Assembly (NCBI GenBank): GCA_048939245.1
Contig: JBHLPR010000004.1
Span: 1-64,000, forward strand
Source: Promethearchaeota archaeon
GTDB taxonomy: Archaea; Asgardarchaeota; Hermodarchaeia; Hermodarchaeales; Hermodarchaeaceae
Direction of reading: 5' to 3'
Length of the DNA: 64,000 nt
The notes under the pieces were generated by a model. The model saw only the letters and a program-made list of their open reading frames with translations, did no database searches and was not told the DNA's origin. Both the position numbers and the translations under genes were made by a program. How positions within the stretch are numbered: the stretch's first letter is position 1; each line of letters starts with the position of its first letter. Positions 45,839-54,666 of this stretch are shown here, piece after piece.

Positions 45839-45860
45839 GATATGCATATTCGTGCATATC
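45839..45860. promoter_or_regulatory. Operator-like palindrome upstream of the ECF operon
   Basis: GATATGCA-N6-TGCATATC, just downstream (minus strand) of a TATA-like GCTTAATAA. Confidence 0.55.
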
Positions 45861-45944
45861 ATCTTTGTTATTAAGCCTTACGCTGCAATATATTCAGAAA
45901 TAAAAGAGGAGGGAAGACACCGACTTCGAAGAGCAGCGTATTTG

Positions 45945-46967
45945 CTAGGTTCGTCGGTGCCAGAGCTCTTCGCGACGTTTCTTTTCTAGTTGTGGAAGAT
46001 CCGTCCAGAAGATAGATTTGCTCTTCATTGGCGCAACACGTTTGAGAACGAAGACAAACATTGCAACGATATTGATGAAGATTATATTAACCAGAACTAA
46101 AATGAAGCTTATTCCGGCAATGCCTAAATGCAGCGGCACGTTGACGGCACCCCCGAAATGTAGTGGGCCCAATAATGCATAGACCAGGTTCATTCCTGCA
46201 TTGACAGCTGGTGGCATTAACGATGCGGCAATAGCTACTCCGACTAAACTACTGATTTCTCCACGAGTTACAGCGAGAGCAACACCTGCCCCAGATGCAG
46301 CAGCCACAATGATACCTACAGCGACTCCAATGACAAGACCACGAGATAGCATTTCAGGTGTTGGCCACCCGGGTAATACGGGATAGAGAATTGGTGCATA
46401 GGGCATAAGGAGCGCACCCATAATGAAACCCATTATTACTGCGATTAAGATTCCATAGACCTCATTTTTAACTCCAGCTAATACTAATCGCCTGTCTTTG
46501 ATTATAGCACCAAGACTGAGCCCAAGAATCGGCCCCATTAATGGTGCAAGAAGCATACTAGCGACAATAAATACAGGGCTATTCGTCGCTAGGCCGACAG
46601 AGGCAATAATACAAGAAACAACAAGAAGGGCAAGGAAATCAAACGATAAACGAGCCCCTGCTGCGATTTTTCCGTAGATTTCCTCAACGGAAAGTCGTTC
46701 AGTGGGAGTGATTGTTTCGACTTCAGTTTCCATTGGTTTAGTGGCTTCAACGGGTAGAACGTCTATGATGCCATAATGTACTCCGACCCCGATTGTTTCA
46801 AGATCAGTCAGAATTTTCTGTGTTTTTGCTGGTGAAACACGGAAAATGAGCATAAAGCCAGGAGCTGTGTGAATCTTAGCAATGTTTCGTACGTTAGCTT
46901 TCTCTTCGAGGAATTCCATGACCTGTCCGACTTTTTCTTCGGGGAGCGTTATCTGAAATTGGCGCAT
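45945..46967 (-). CDS. DUF389/TIGR00341 family membrane protein
   Basis: NSPVFIVASMLLAPLMGP, GVAIAASLMPPA. Confidence 0.9.
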   Translation of the reverse strand: MRQFQITLPEEKVGQVMEFLEEKANVRNIAKIHTAPGFMLIFRVSPAKTQKILTDLETIGVGVHYGIIDVLPVEATKPMETEVETITPTERLSVEEIYGKIAAGARLSFDFLALLVVSCIIASVGLATNSPVFIVASMLLAPLMGPILGLSLGAIIKDRRLVLAGVKNEVYGILIAVIMGFIMGALLMPYAPILYPVLPGWPTPEMLSRGLVIGVAVGIIVAAASGAGVALAVTRGEISSLVGVAIAASLMPPAVNAGMNLVYALLGPLHFGGAVNVPLHLGIAGISFILVLVNIIFINIVAMFVFVLKRVAPMKSKSIFWTDLPQLEKKRREELWHRRT

Positions 46968-47159
46968 GTATATTTCCCCTGCTCGATTACGAGCGTTATC
47001 TCACCTCAGGGTATCTGCGTATAAGGCTTACGTTTTCAACCAAATATTAAAGGATGCTGAGAAATTCGGAACGGCAGAACGCTTAATTAGCTGTACCGCA
47101 GTAATCCGATGTATCTGCCCGAAGCAGGAGCGCATCCCATCAACCCCTGGTGCAATAAC

Positions 47160-48869
47160 GTGAAACCCCAAAGTATGCTTATCAAAAATGGCTTTGTCAT
47201 TGACCCCAAGAACGAGATTTTCGAAGTCAAGGATCTAGCTATACAAGACGGAAAAGTGGTGGAATCCGTTAAACCGGAATCAGCGGAAATAATTGATGCA
47301 GAAGGACGCATGGTCGTCCCCGGTGGTGTAGAAATTCATGCCCATTTGGCAACACCGAAAGTTGATTCTGGTCGGGTTCTTCGATGTGATCAATCACGAA
47401 TGGACCCATATACCTATTCAGATATCTGCCGAGCGGGAGTTTGGGCAAGTGTTCCTCCAACCTTCATGACTGGATACAAATATTCACAAATGGGCTATAC
47501 CTTCGTTACCGAAGCAGCTTCTGCAGGATTGGTAGCTAGGCACACGCACGAAGAACTTGCTGAAATCCAACCACATGACAAAATCATGTTCCCACTTTTT
47601 GGCAACTATCAACTCATCATGGACTATTCCCGAGAAAAGGAGTATGAGAAGCTTGCAGGATTCGTGGCATGGATGCTTGCAGCTACAAAGGGCTATGCTA
47701 TCAAAGCCGTCAATCCTACAGGAGTTTGTGACTGGTCTTGGGGTGGTAATGTTGAGAACCTCGATGAACCAATTGCCTGCTTTGACGTTACTCCTCGTGA
47801 TGCGGTAACCGCTTTACTTGAAGGTGCTGAGAGACTTGTCCTGCCGCACTCACTTCATCTACACGCGAATATGCTCGGTCGTCCAGGAAATATGGATATT
47901 ACGATTGAGACCATGGAACTTGCGAGTAATCGCCCAGCAACGAAACGTGCTTCAGGGCACAATCTCCATATGACACACATCCAATTCCATGCTTATGGTG
48001 GAGATAGCTTCATCACTTTCAAGAGCGCAGCAGAACCCATCGCCAAATACATCAAAAGTCACAAGAACATCAGTTGCGACTTAGGACAAGTTGTCTTCGC
48101 AGATACCACAACCATGACTGCGGATGGCCCGTGGGAATGGATTCTTCGTGGCATCTCAGGAAGCCGGTGGGTGAATGATGACATTGAAGTTGAGTGTGGC
48201 GGAGGAGTCGTACCTTACGTTTTTAGAAAAAGCTCACGAGTCAATTCGATCCAATGGGGTATCGGACTCGAAATTGCACTTATGGTCAATGACCCATGGC
48301 GGGTTATCCCAAGTACGGATCATCCCAACGCTGGAACCTTCATCAATTATCCATCAATCGCCGCCTGGTTGATGAGCAAGAAAGCCCGGGAAGCGGTCTT
48401 AGCTGAAATTAGAGGCTCAGCTAAGAAGCGGATGGACCTTCCTGCTCTCGAAAATGAATGGACTATGAATGAATATATTATCTCTACTCGAGCAGGACCA
48501 GCACGAATTCTGGGATTACCCAATAAGGGACATCTTGGGGTGGGAGCTGATGCTGATGTCGCGTTTTATGATTTAGATCCCAAGGAAGATTATGCTAATA
48601 ATCCGGATAAACTAATTCGTGGATTTTCGCAAGCATGGATGACCATCAAAGATGGCCGTATTGTTCAGAAAGCTGGCAAAATGGTTGCCACACCAAAAGG
48701 GAGCACTTATTGGGTTGATGCCCAAGTTGAACCAGAACTGGCAAAGGAAGTCGAGAAAGATATTCGAGAGAAATTCATGAGCTCCTATACGATTTCCTAT
48801 GAGAATTACCCTGTATCCAAACGATATCTTCACCGGTCTGCCCCTGTCAAACTCGAAGGAGCCAGCTAA
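47160..48869 (+). CDS. fwdA: Formylmethanofuran dehydrogenase subunit A
   Basis: PGGVEIHAH, MGYT, KAVNP, HSLHLHANMLG, HIQFHAYG, TMTADGP, STDHPN, GHLGVGADAD. Confidence 0.96.
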   Translation: MKPQSMLIKNGFVIDPKNEIFEVKDLAIQDGKVVESVKPESAEIIDAEGRMVVPGGVEIHAHLATPKVDSGRVLRCDQSRMDPYTYSDICRAGVWASVPPTFMTGYKYSQMGYTFVTEAASAGLVARHTHEELAEIQPHDKIMFPLFGNYQLIMDYSREKEYEKLAGFVAWMLAATKGYAIKAVNPTGVCDWSWGGNVENLDEPIACFDVTPRDAVTALLEGAERLVLPHSLHLHANMLGRPGNMDITIETMELASNRPATKRASGHNLHMTHIQFHAYGGDSFITFKSAAEPIAKYIKSHKNISCDLGQVVFADTTTMTADGPWEWILRGISGSRWVNDDIEVECGGGVVPYVFRKSSRVNSIQWGIGLEIALMVNDPWRVIPSTDHPNAGTFINYPSIAAWLMSKKAREAVLAEIRGSAKKRMDLPALENEWTMNEYIISTRAGPARILGLPNKGHLGVGADADVAFYDLDPKEDYANNPDKLIRGFSQAWMTIKDGRIVQKAGKMVATPKGSTYWVDAQVEPELAKEVEKDIREKFMSSYTISYENYPVSKRYLHRSAPVKLEGAS

Positions 48870-48968
48870 AAACTGTACTAATTGATTTCCTAAAACTTAT
48901 AACCAGAGTGAATATGCCTTTGTCTCGTTTCAGCACGATTCTGATATGCTGGAGCGAAGGTTCAAATC

Positions 48969-51900
48969 ATGACCAAAGTTCGAGACTTCACACCAGCCGA
49001 TGCAGCCGGGTTAGCAAAGTGCATTAACGAAAGTGAAGGAGGATGGCCAGGTGGTATCTCCGGAGGGTTAGACCACACTGCAGAACATATTCTCGAAGAC
49101 TATAAGCGGGAAGCGAAGCTAGCTTGGTTAATCGCAGTCTCCGATGAACAGCAAATTGCTGGTATTTCTACATTACACCCCCACTTTGACGATCCTGCAG
49201 CAGCATATCTTGGATTTCTCACGGTTTCTGATGCCTATCGGAAAAAGGGATTTGGCAAAGCGCTCCTGGTAGAATCGGTGAATCGGGTCATCGCTGAAGG
49301 ATATAAACGGCTTTTCTTACATACATGGGGGGGCAATCTCAACGCGGTACCAGTCTATAAGCGCACAGGTTTCTTCTGGTGCCCCGAAACCCAAGTACTC
49401 ATGGAGAACTATATTCCCACCATTATCACCTTACCGATTGCCAGACCCTTTTTCAAGAAGCATGACTGGTATGAGACCTATATCAGGCAAATTGAAATCA
49501 AGCCTGATGAAATGAAACATCGTGGGCTTAATGTCTATGAGTACCGATGGGAGAAAGGCGACGAATTTCTTAGAGTGGTAATCGACCGAGAGAGCCGAGG
49601 ACCCACTCTGATCGAAAACAGGCAGGTTCTAATAGAATGCTGGGTCGCAGATGCAGAGCCAACGCTCGGGCTGCCAATACCAGTTAGCTGGTCAATCCAG
49701 AATAAGAACCCGAACAAGCCACTCACTTGTCACCTGAAAGTTAAACTACCTAAAGGCTTCCAGTTAATTGAAGCACCAGCTTCCTCAATTATGGTCCCGG
49801 CAAAAGAAACAGTTGTTCTTGAGGGGATAATTCGGGGAAGCGTGAATGTGATTCCACCTCCAAAGGAAAGACCCGCATTAGCCATTGTAAGCCAATTGTT
49901 ATTAGAAAAAAGACCTGTAAAGCTTGAGACCGGGATAAGAGCCCAGCATCCAATCGAATTGACCACTGTGCCTCCATCAATTTGGTGTCGAGCAGGCACA
50001 CGATTCTCGATTCCCATCTCAATCAAGAGTAACCTAAAGAAAACCGCAACGGGACGGTTAATCATTCGAAAACCTCGGGGACTCCAAATAGACCAGAAGC
50101 AATTTGAAATTAGACTCAACCCAGAAAGACATTCTGGAATCGAATTAAATGTAGCAACTAAGTCTTCATTAGGCAGCATAGCATTACCCATCAAGTTGCA
50201 GGCTCAGTTAGATGTTGGAGGACAACAACTGAAGACCCGAACCGAAACAATTTTCGTTCACAATCTGAGCCAAGGCGGAGTCCTGGTTACACCTGCGCAG
50301 GATGACAAGCGTCTTCAAGTTCACACTGAAACCTTGCAGTTTTCTATTAATTTAGTAAAAGGCGCCCACATCGATAAACTTACCAACCGCCTTACCGGTC
50401 GAGTCCAACTTCGCTCACATTGCCGAGAAAGTATTGGTCCACCCTTCTGGCCTTCAGAACAGATGCGCACTCACTTTAAGCACCGAATCGAAAAACCCAA
50501 TGACGGAACCACACGAATAGTTACATGGATGACCTCCAAACGCTACTCGGGCCTAGTCTTTTCCAAGACATACATCATTACAGGTAACTCATCTGTTCTC
50601 GGCATTGAATATATGTTTGAAAATACTGATCCGAAAAAAACCTACAAAATACAACTTATCGTGGGGAGTATTCCCGGTGCTTGGGATCACCTTCATGTCC
50701 TCCCCCTAAAAACAGGTTTACTTCGTGAAGAATATATCGAAGAAGAATTTTTTGCATCAGAACGTGAAATACTAAAAAGGCGGGAAGACTGGGCTGAAAC
50801 CTGGTATTGCGCAGAACGCCCCCACAAAGGGGAAATCACAGCAGTACTATGTCCTCCTTCACTCTTTTATGAAGCAAGAGGAGTAACGTTCATTGATTTT
50901 CAGCTGCAGATCCCTCCTATCCCCCCAAAGAAGAAAATCATTCTACCGCCTTTATATCTCGTTGCAGGATTAGGCAGTTGGAAACATATCAGAAGACTTT
51001 GGCATCACTATTATTCCGATGAACCCGAAAGAGCCCTCCTTACAAGAATGGAACCCAATCCAGCGATTGATCTTCGAATAAAAGATAATCCAATGCTTCA
51101 TGAAGTTGCTTCAGAGATTACGATTCCTTTGCAACTCCATCATCACGTGCATCGCCCTCTAAAGGGAAGCCTCCAGTTCTCAGCACCAAAGGGTTGGCGA
51201 GTGACACCTCGAACCCATAAATTCGAGCATGTCAAAGATAGCAAACCATTGTCGGTTCCAATCCAACTCCATGCCAATGCAAAGGCTAAACATGAACCCC
51301 AAATACTATCAGTGACTGCTCATGTCAAAACTGACCTTCAAACCAGAGAATTTAACGTCCCAATTATTCTACACCGAAAAACAGGAAAAGTATCAATCAT
51401 TCAAGCAGTTGAGCATAACCAAAAAATTTGGATAATCGATAATGGAAAATATCTACTGAAGATTGCGCCTAGTTTCGCAGGAAGTGTATTTGCTTGGATT
51501 AAGAAGGAGACCGGTACAAACTATTTAGTATCTAATTTTCCAACCGCCGGACCCAAGGTTTGGTTTAATCCATGGTATGGGGGTATCCAATTTGAGCCCT
51601 TTGCTAGTGACCAACCTGGATGGTTTCCTACAAAACTTGATCGCGAGAAATGGACCCTTACTAAAAGTCAGCGCAATGACTGGCAAGGAATCCAAGTGAG
51701 TGTGGTTCCGGACAAGGAAGAGCGTAGACTTCGGGATCTGAAACTGGGATTTCATGTTCTAACTCAACCACAAAGTAATATCGTAGCACTCATCGGTCAG
51801 ATACAGAATCAATCTAAAGCGCCACGTCAACTGTACCACCGATTTCGAATTGCCATACCGTCAGATGAAACGACGCCCAAATTAGAAACGGTAATTCCCC

Positions 51901-52202
51901 GGTCCACAACAACCTACTGGCGAAATCGGGTGAAAACTCATGCATGGCCAACAGCCGCATACCCCTATCTTGGTATAGAACACGGACCAGATGATGCTAC
52001 ACTCATATTCACTCAAAACATGAATCCCATGACGGAACTTTTTATGGGAGATTTGAACTCCGAACTAGTCTTTATTCAAAGCGAAGATCCCATTGATGTT
52101 AGTCCCAATGAACTCGTCGAACGAACTGGGTTTCTTGTTGCCACCCAGGCACCTTGGGAACAAGCAAAGACCTATAGTCTACTCTCAAAACTTTCTCTCT
52201 AA
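48969..52202 (+). CDS. Large GNAT-domain protein with beta-rich C-terminal domains
   Basis: YRKKGFGKAL acetyl-CoA motif and TWGGNLNAVPVYKRTGFFW; about 850 aa of beta-rich sequence follows. Confidence 0.78.
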   Translation: MTKVRDFTPADAAGLAKCINESEGGWPGGISGGLDHTAEHILEDYKREAKLAWLIAVSDEQQIAGISTLHPHFDDPAAAYLGFLTVSDAYRKKGFGKALLVESVNRVIAEGYKRLFLHTWGGNLNAVPVYKRTGFFWCPETQVLMENYIPTIITLPIARPFFKKHDWYETYIRQIEIKPDEMKHRGLNVYEYRWEKGDEFLRVVIDRESRGPTLIENRQVLIECWVADAEPTLGLPIPVSWSIQNKNPNKPLTCHLKVKLPKGFQLIEAPASSIMVPAKETVVLEGIIRGSVNVIPPPKERPALAIVSQLLLEKRPVKLETGIRAQHPIELTTVPPSIWCRAGTRFSIPISIKSNLKKTATGRLIIRKPRGLQIDQKQFEIRLNPERHSGIELNVATKSSLGSIALPIKLQAQLDVGGQQLKTRTETIFVHNLSQGGVLVTPAQDDKRLQVHTETLQFSINLVKGAHIDKLTNRLTGRVQLRSHCRESIGPPFWPSEQMRTHFKHRIEKPNDGTTRIVTWMTSKRYSGLVFSKTYIITGNSSVLGIEYMFENTDPKKTYKIQLIVGSIPGAWDHLHVLPLKTGLLREEYIEEEFFASEREILKRREDWAETWYCAERPHKGEITAVLCPPSLFYEARGVTFIDFQLQIPPIPPKKKIILPPLYLVAGLGSWKHIRRLWHHYYSDEPERALLTRMEPNPAIDLRIKDNPMLHEVASEITIPLQLHHHVHRPLKGSLQFSAPKGWRVTPRTHKFEHVKDSKPLSVPIQLHANAKAKHEPQILSVTAHVKTDLQTREFNVPIILHRKTGKVSIIQAVEHNQKIWIIDNGKYLLKIAPSFAGSVFAWIKKETGTNYLVSNFPTAGPKVWFNPWYGGIQFEPFASDQPGWFPTKLDREKWTLTKSQRNDWQGIQVSVVPDKEERRLRDLKLGFHVLTQPQSNIVALIGQIQNQSKAPRQLYHRFRIAIPSDETTPKLETVIPRSTTTYWRNRVKTHAWPTAAYPYLGIEHGPDDATLIFTQNMNPMTELFMGDLNSELVFIQSEDPIDVSPNELVERTGFLVATQAPWEQAKTYSLLSKLSL

Positions 52203-52222
52203 TTGATAAGTACCAATGCACC

Positions 52223-53089
52223 TTATCCTATTTCAGAGGAATAGAATTCATACCATCGTTCAAATGTCATTTCAAGACGCCATTCCGCCTTTACATCATA
52301 AGGGGGAGCGGGTGCGCTATCCTTTTCCTTTTGAACTGCTTCTAAGGAAAGACCTTCAACTAATCGGGCTTGTATCCATGTCTCAAGCTGCTTGAAATAC
52401 GCAAGTTGGATGCGGATTTCCTCCTTATCACACAGAGGCCCATGACCCGGAACGATTGTGTCGACGGACATTTTTAGAATCTTCTCGAATGCTTTTATCC
52501 AGTCGGGAGGGCTGTTTGTCGAATCCCCCGCATAAGGATACTCTTGACAAAATACAAGGTCTCCGGCAAAGAGAACACGCTCCGGGACAAAGTAAACCAT
52601 TGAATGCCCTGCCGTGTGACCTCCAGTATGATGGATTTTAATTTCGTTATTCTCTCCCAAGAATAGCGATTTCTCAAAGGTTTTAGTCGGAGTAATGATC
52701 TGCAGATTTTCGAGTTGACGACTTAGCACGGGATCGGTTTCTGCACGGAACTGTCGCATCTCTTCAAGGCTTTCCTGAGACCACTGGTTTTCTAAAAGTT
52801 CCGGATATAACTCTACCATTTTAGAAGAGGCAATAAGTGGGTACATTTGAAAGTCTTGAGCACCAAATACGTGGTCAGAATGATAATGGGTGAGAATGAC
52901 TTCGGTGATTGGTGTGCCAATTTCTTGTTGGACCCGTTTATGAAACTCCTGAGCGATTACTGGTGTCATACCAGTATCGATGACAACAATATGCTTTGCG
53001 GTACGGATGCATCCAACGTTCCCATAGGTTGATCCGTCCATAACAGCCCAAGTGGACTTGCTTACTTGTTCGAGTTGCATGAGAATCAT
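52223..53089 (-). CDS. MBL-fold metallo-hydrolase
   Basis: THYHSDH, GGHTAG, FAGD, PGHG. Confidence 0.92.
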   Translation of the reverse strand: MILMQLEQVSKSTWAVMDGSTYGNVGCIRTAKHIVVIDTGMTPVIAQEFHKRVQQEIGTPITEVILTHYHSDHVFGAQDFQMYPLIASSKMVELYPELLENQWSQESLEEMRQFRAETDPVLSRQLENLQIITPTKTFEKSLFLGENNEIKIHHTGGHTAGHSMVYFVPERVLFAGDLVFCQEYPYAGDSTNSPPDWIKAFEKILKMSVDTIVPGHGPLCDKEEIRIQLAYFKQLETWIQARLVEGLSLEAVQKEKDSAPAPPYDVKAEWRLEMTFERWYEFYSSEIG

Positions 53090-53219
53090 CTTCCTTCAAA
53101 TAGAAGGGATTTACTATTAGGAGAAGCTGCCTTTAGATTTTGACTTGTAGTAAGACGAAAAGATGTTAAGAGGTATTGTTACCAATTACGGCAGATAAAA
53201 TATCTGAGGAGATTTCATC

Positions 53220-53660
53220 ATGCCTAAAGGTTCTAATAAACGGCAACAATTCAAGTTACAAATCATGGACTTGCTCCTCCAATTGCCTGTGCCTGCAGGT
53301 GTAGCAGATGAGGTAGCAAGCAAAGTGGTAAAAAATTCGACCATAGATATGCCTCCTGAGACCATTCGCTCAATGATATTAGATAGCTTACGCACACATG
53401 ATGCCATAGCAGCTGAAAAACTTGCCTTTCGCTTCGAACACGTTGAGCAGAGGCTTGCAGAGATTCAACTTGAGACAGTTGGACCTGCAGGCGAAATCTA
53501 TGATGAAGAATCCTTGAATGAACTTTTAGAAGCTGATGAAATTACAGCAGCAGAACTTTACTTCATGGAAGGTCGTAAAGGTCGTGCATGGCAACGTAAG
53601 GTGGATCATTTTGATACCGGATCAACTGAGTTAGCCAGAGAGGACCGATATGACGACTAG
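53220..53660 (+). CDS. Hypothetical protein, ATP-cone-like N-terminus plus acidic C-terminal domain
   Basis: VPAGVADEVASKV..PETIRSMILDSL..AA resembles an ATP cone; EIYDEESLNELLEADEITAAELYFMEG follows. Confidence 0.55.
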   Translation: MPKGSNKRQQFKLQIMDLLLQLPVPAGVADEVASKVVKNSTIDMPPETIRSMILDSLRTHDAIAAEKLAFRFEHVEQRLAEIQLETVGPAGEIYDEESLNELLEADEITAAELYFMEGRKGRAWQRKVDHFDTGSTELAREDRYDD

Positions 53661-54063
53661 AGAACATCAAACAGCACAGGGACCCTTTCAAACCAGTACT
53701 TTACCTAAAGAAGATTTTTCTAAACCTAAGTTGCGATTAGTTGTCACAACCATTGTGACCGTACTCGTTAGTGTTCTCATCTTTTTTGATCAACTCTTAG
53801 GGTTATGGCCCTTTGGGTTGTATTGGAGCCTATTCGCTGTGGGATTAATTGTATGCTGCATCGCCATTTGGATTCTTCTTAGATGGGATAAAAGAACCCG
53901 GAAAGAAGGTGATGAAACGTTCTTGGAAAAATGGGGTGATGAGATTGGATGGCCTTTAATGGTCCTTGCGTTCACACTTCAGTTTCTTATCCCACAAATT
54001 CGGCCAATACTTTTCGGAGCTATTATTGGAGGAAGTTGGTTTCTGGTGCTATGGAATAGATGA
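53650..54063 (+). CDS. Small membrane protein (about 4 TM)
   Basis: Hydrophobic segments; overlaps the upstream stop. Confidence 0.6.
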   Translation: MTTREHQTAQGPFQTSTLPKEDFSKPKLRLVVTTIVTVLVSVLIFFDQLLGLWPFGLYWSLFAVGLIVCCIAIWILLRWDKRTRKEGDETFLEKWGDEIGWPLMVLAFTLQFLIPQIRPILFGAIIGGSWFLVLWNR

Positions 54064-54088
54064 ATTGAAAAATCCGAAAAGCGAGAAA

Positions 54089-54454
54089 TTAGTTGTCTTC
54101 AGCAATCATTTCTATGATTTTAAAAAGTTCTTTTGCCCGTACGGGCTTCACCTGGAATACGGCAGCACCTGCTTCCATAGCCTCTGATCGAACGGTTTCA
54201 TCAGCACTGACAAAAACGATTTTGCTCTTGGCATTAATTTCTTGAATCATTTTCGTAGCGCTAATTCCATCCATGCGGGGCATACGATGATCCATGATGA
54301 TGACATCAGGTTTAGGATCCATCTGAAGGAAGAGTTCAACTGCTTCATCACCATCAAATGCAGAGCCAATTACTCTGTGACCTTTCATCGTGAAGAGAGC
54401 TTTGTAGATTTGATGAAGGTTCTCTTCGTCATCAACGATGAAGATTGAAGCCAT
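54089..54454 (-). CDS. Single-domain response regulator (CheY-like)
   Basis: IVDDE, MDHRMPRMDG, VSAD, KP. Confidence 0.93.
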   Translation of the reverse strand: MASIFIVDDEENLHQIYKALFTMKGHRVIGSAFDGDEAVELFLQMDPKPDVIIMDHRMPRMDGISATKMIQEINAKSKIVFVSADETVRSEAMEAGAAVFQVKPVRAKELFKIIEMIAEDN

Positions 54455-54666
54455 TGAATGCACTGTCCGTTTCACTTTCGTTTTGATTGGTATACGATGT
54501 AGGTGTCGCAGCATATCCCCGCTTACGTTGTCCACTGATTGCTGGGGAAAAAGTGGTTAAGAGTGTTGCGTGCGTCGTTAGTCCATCGGACTTCGTTTTC
54601 GGTTTTCTGCATAAACGTTCAAAGGAGTCGATAGTATATCTGAATCGTGACGACTTGCAGGATTCC

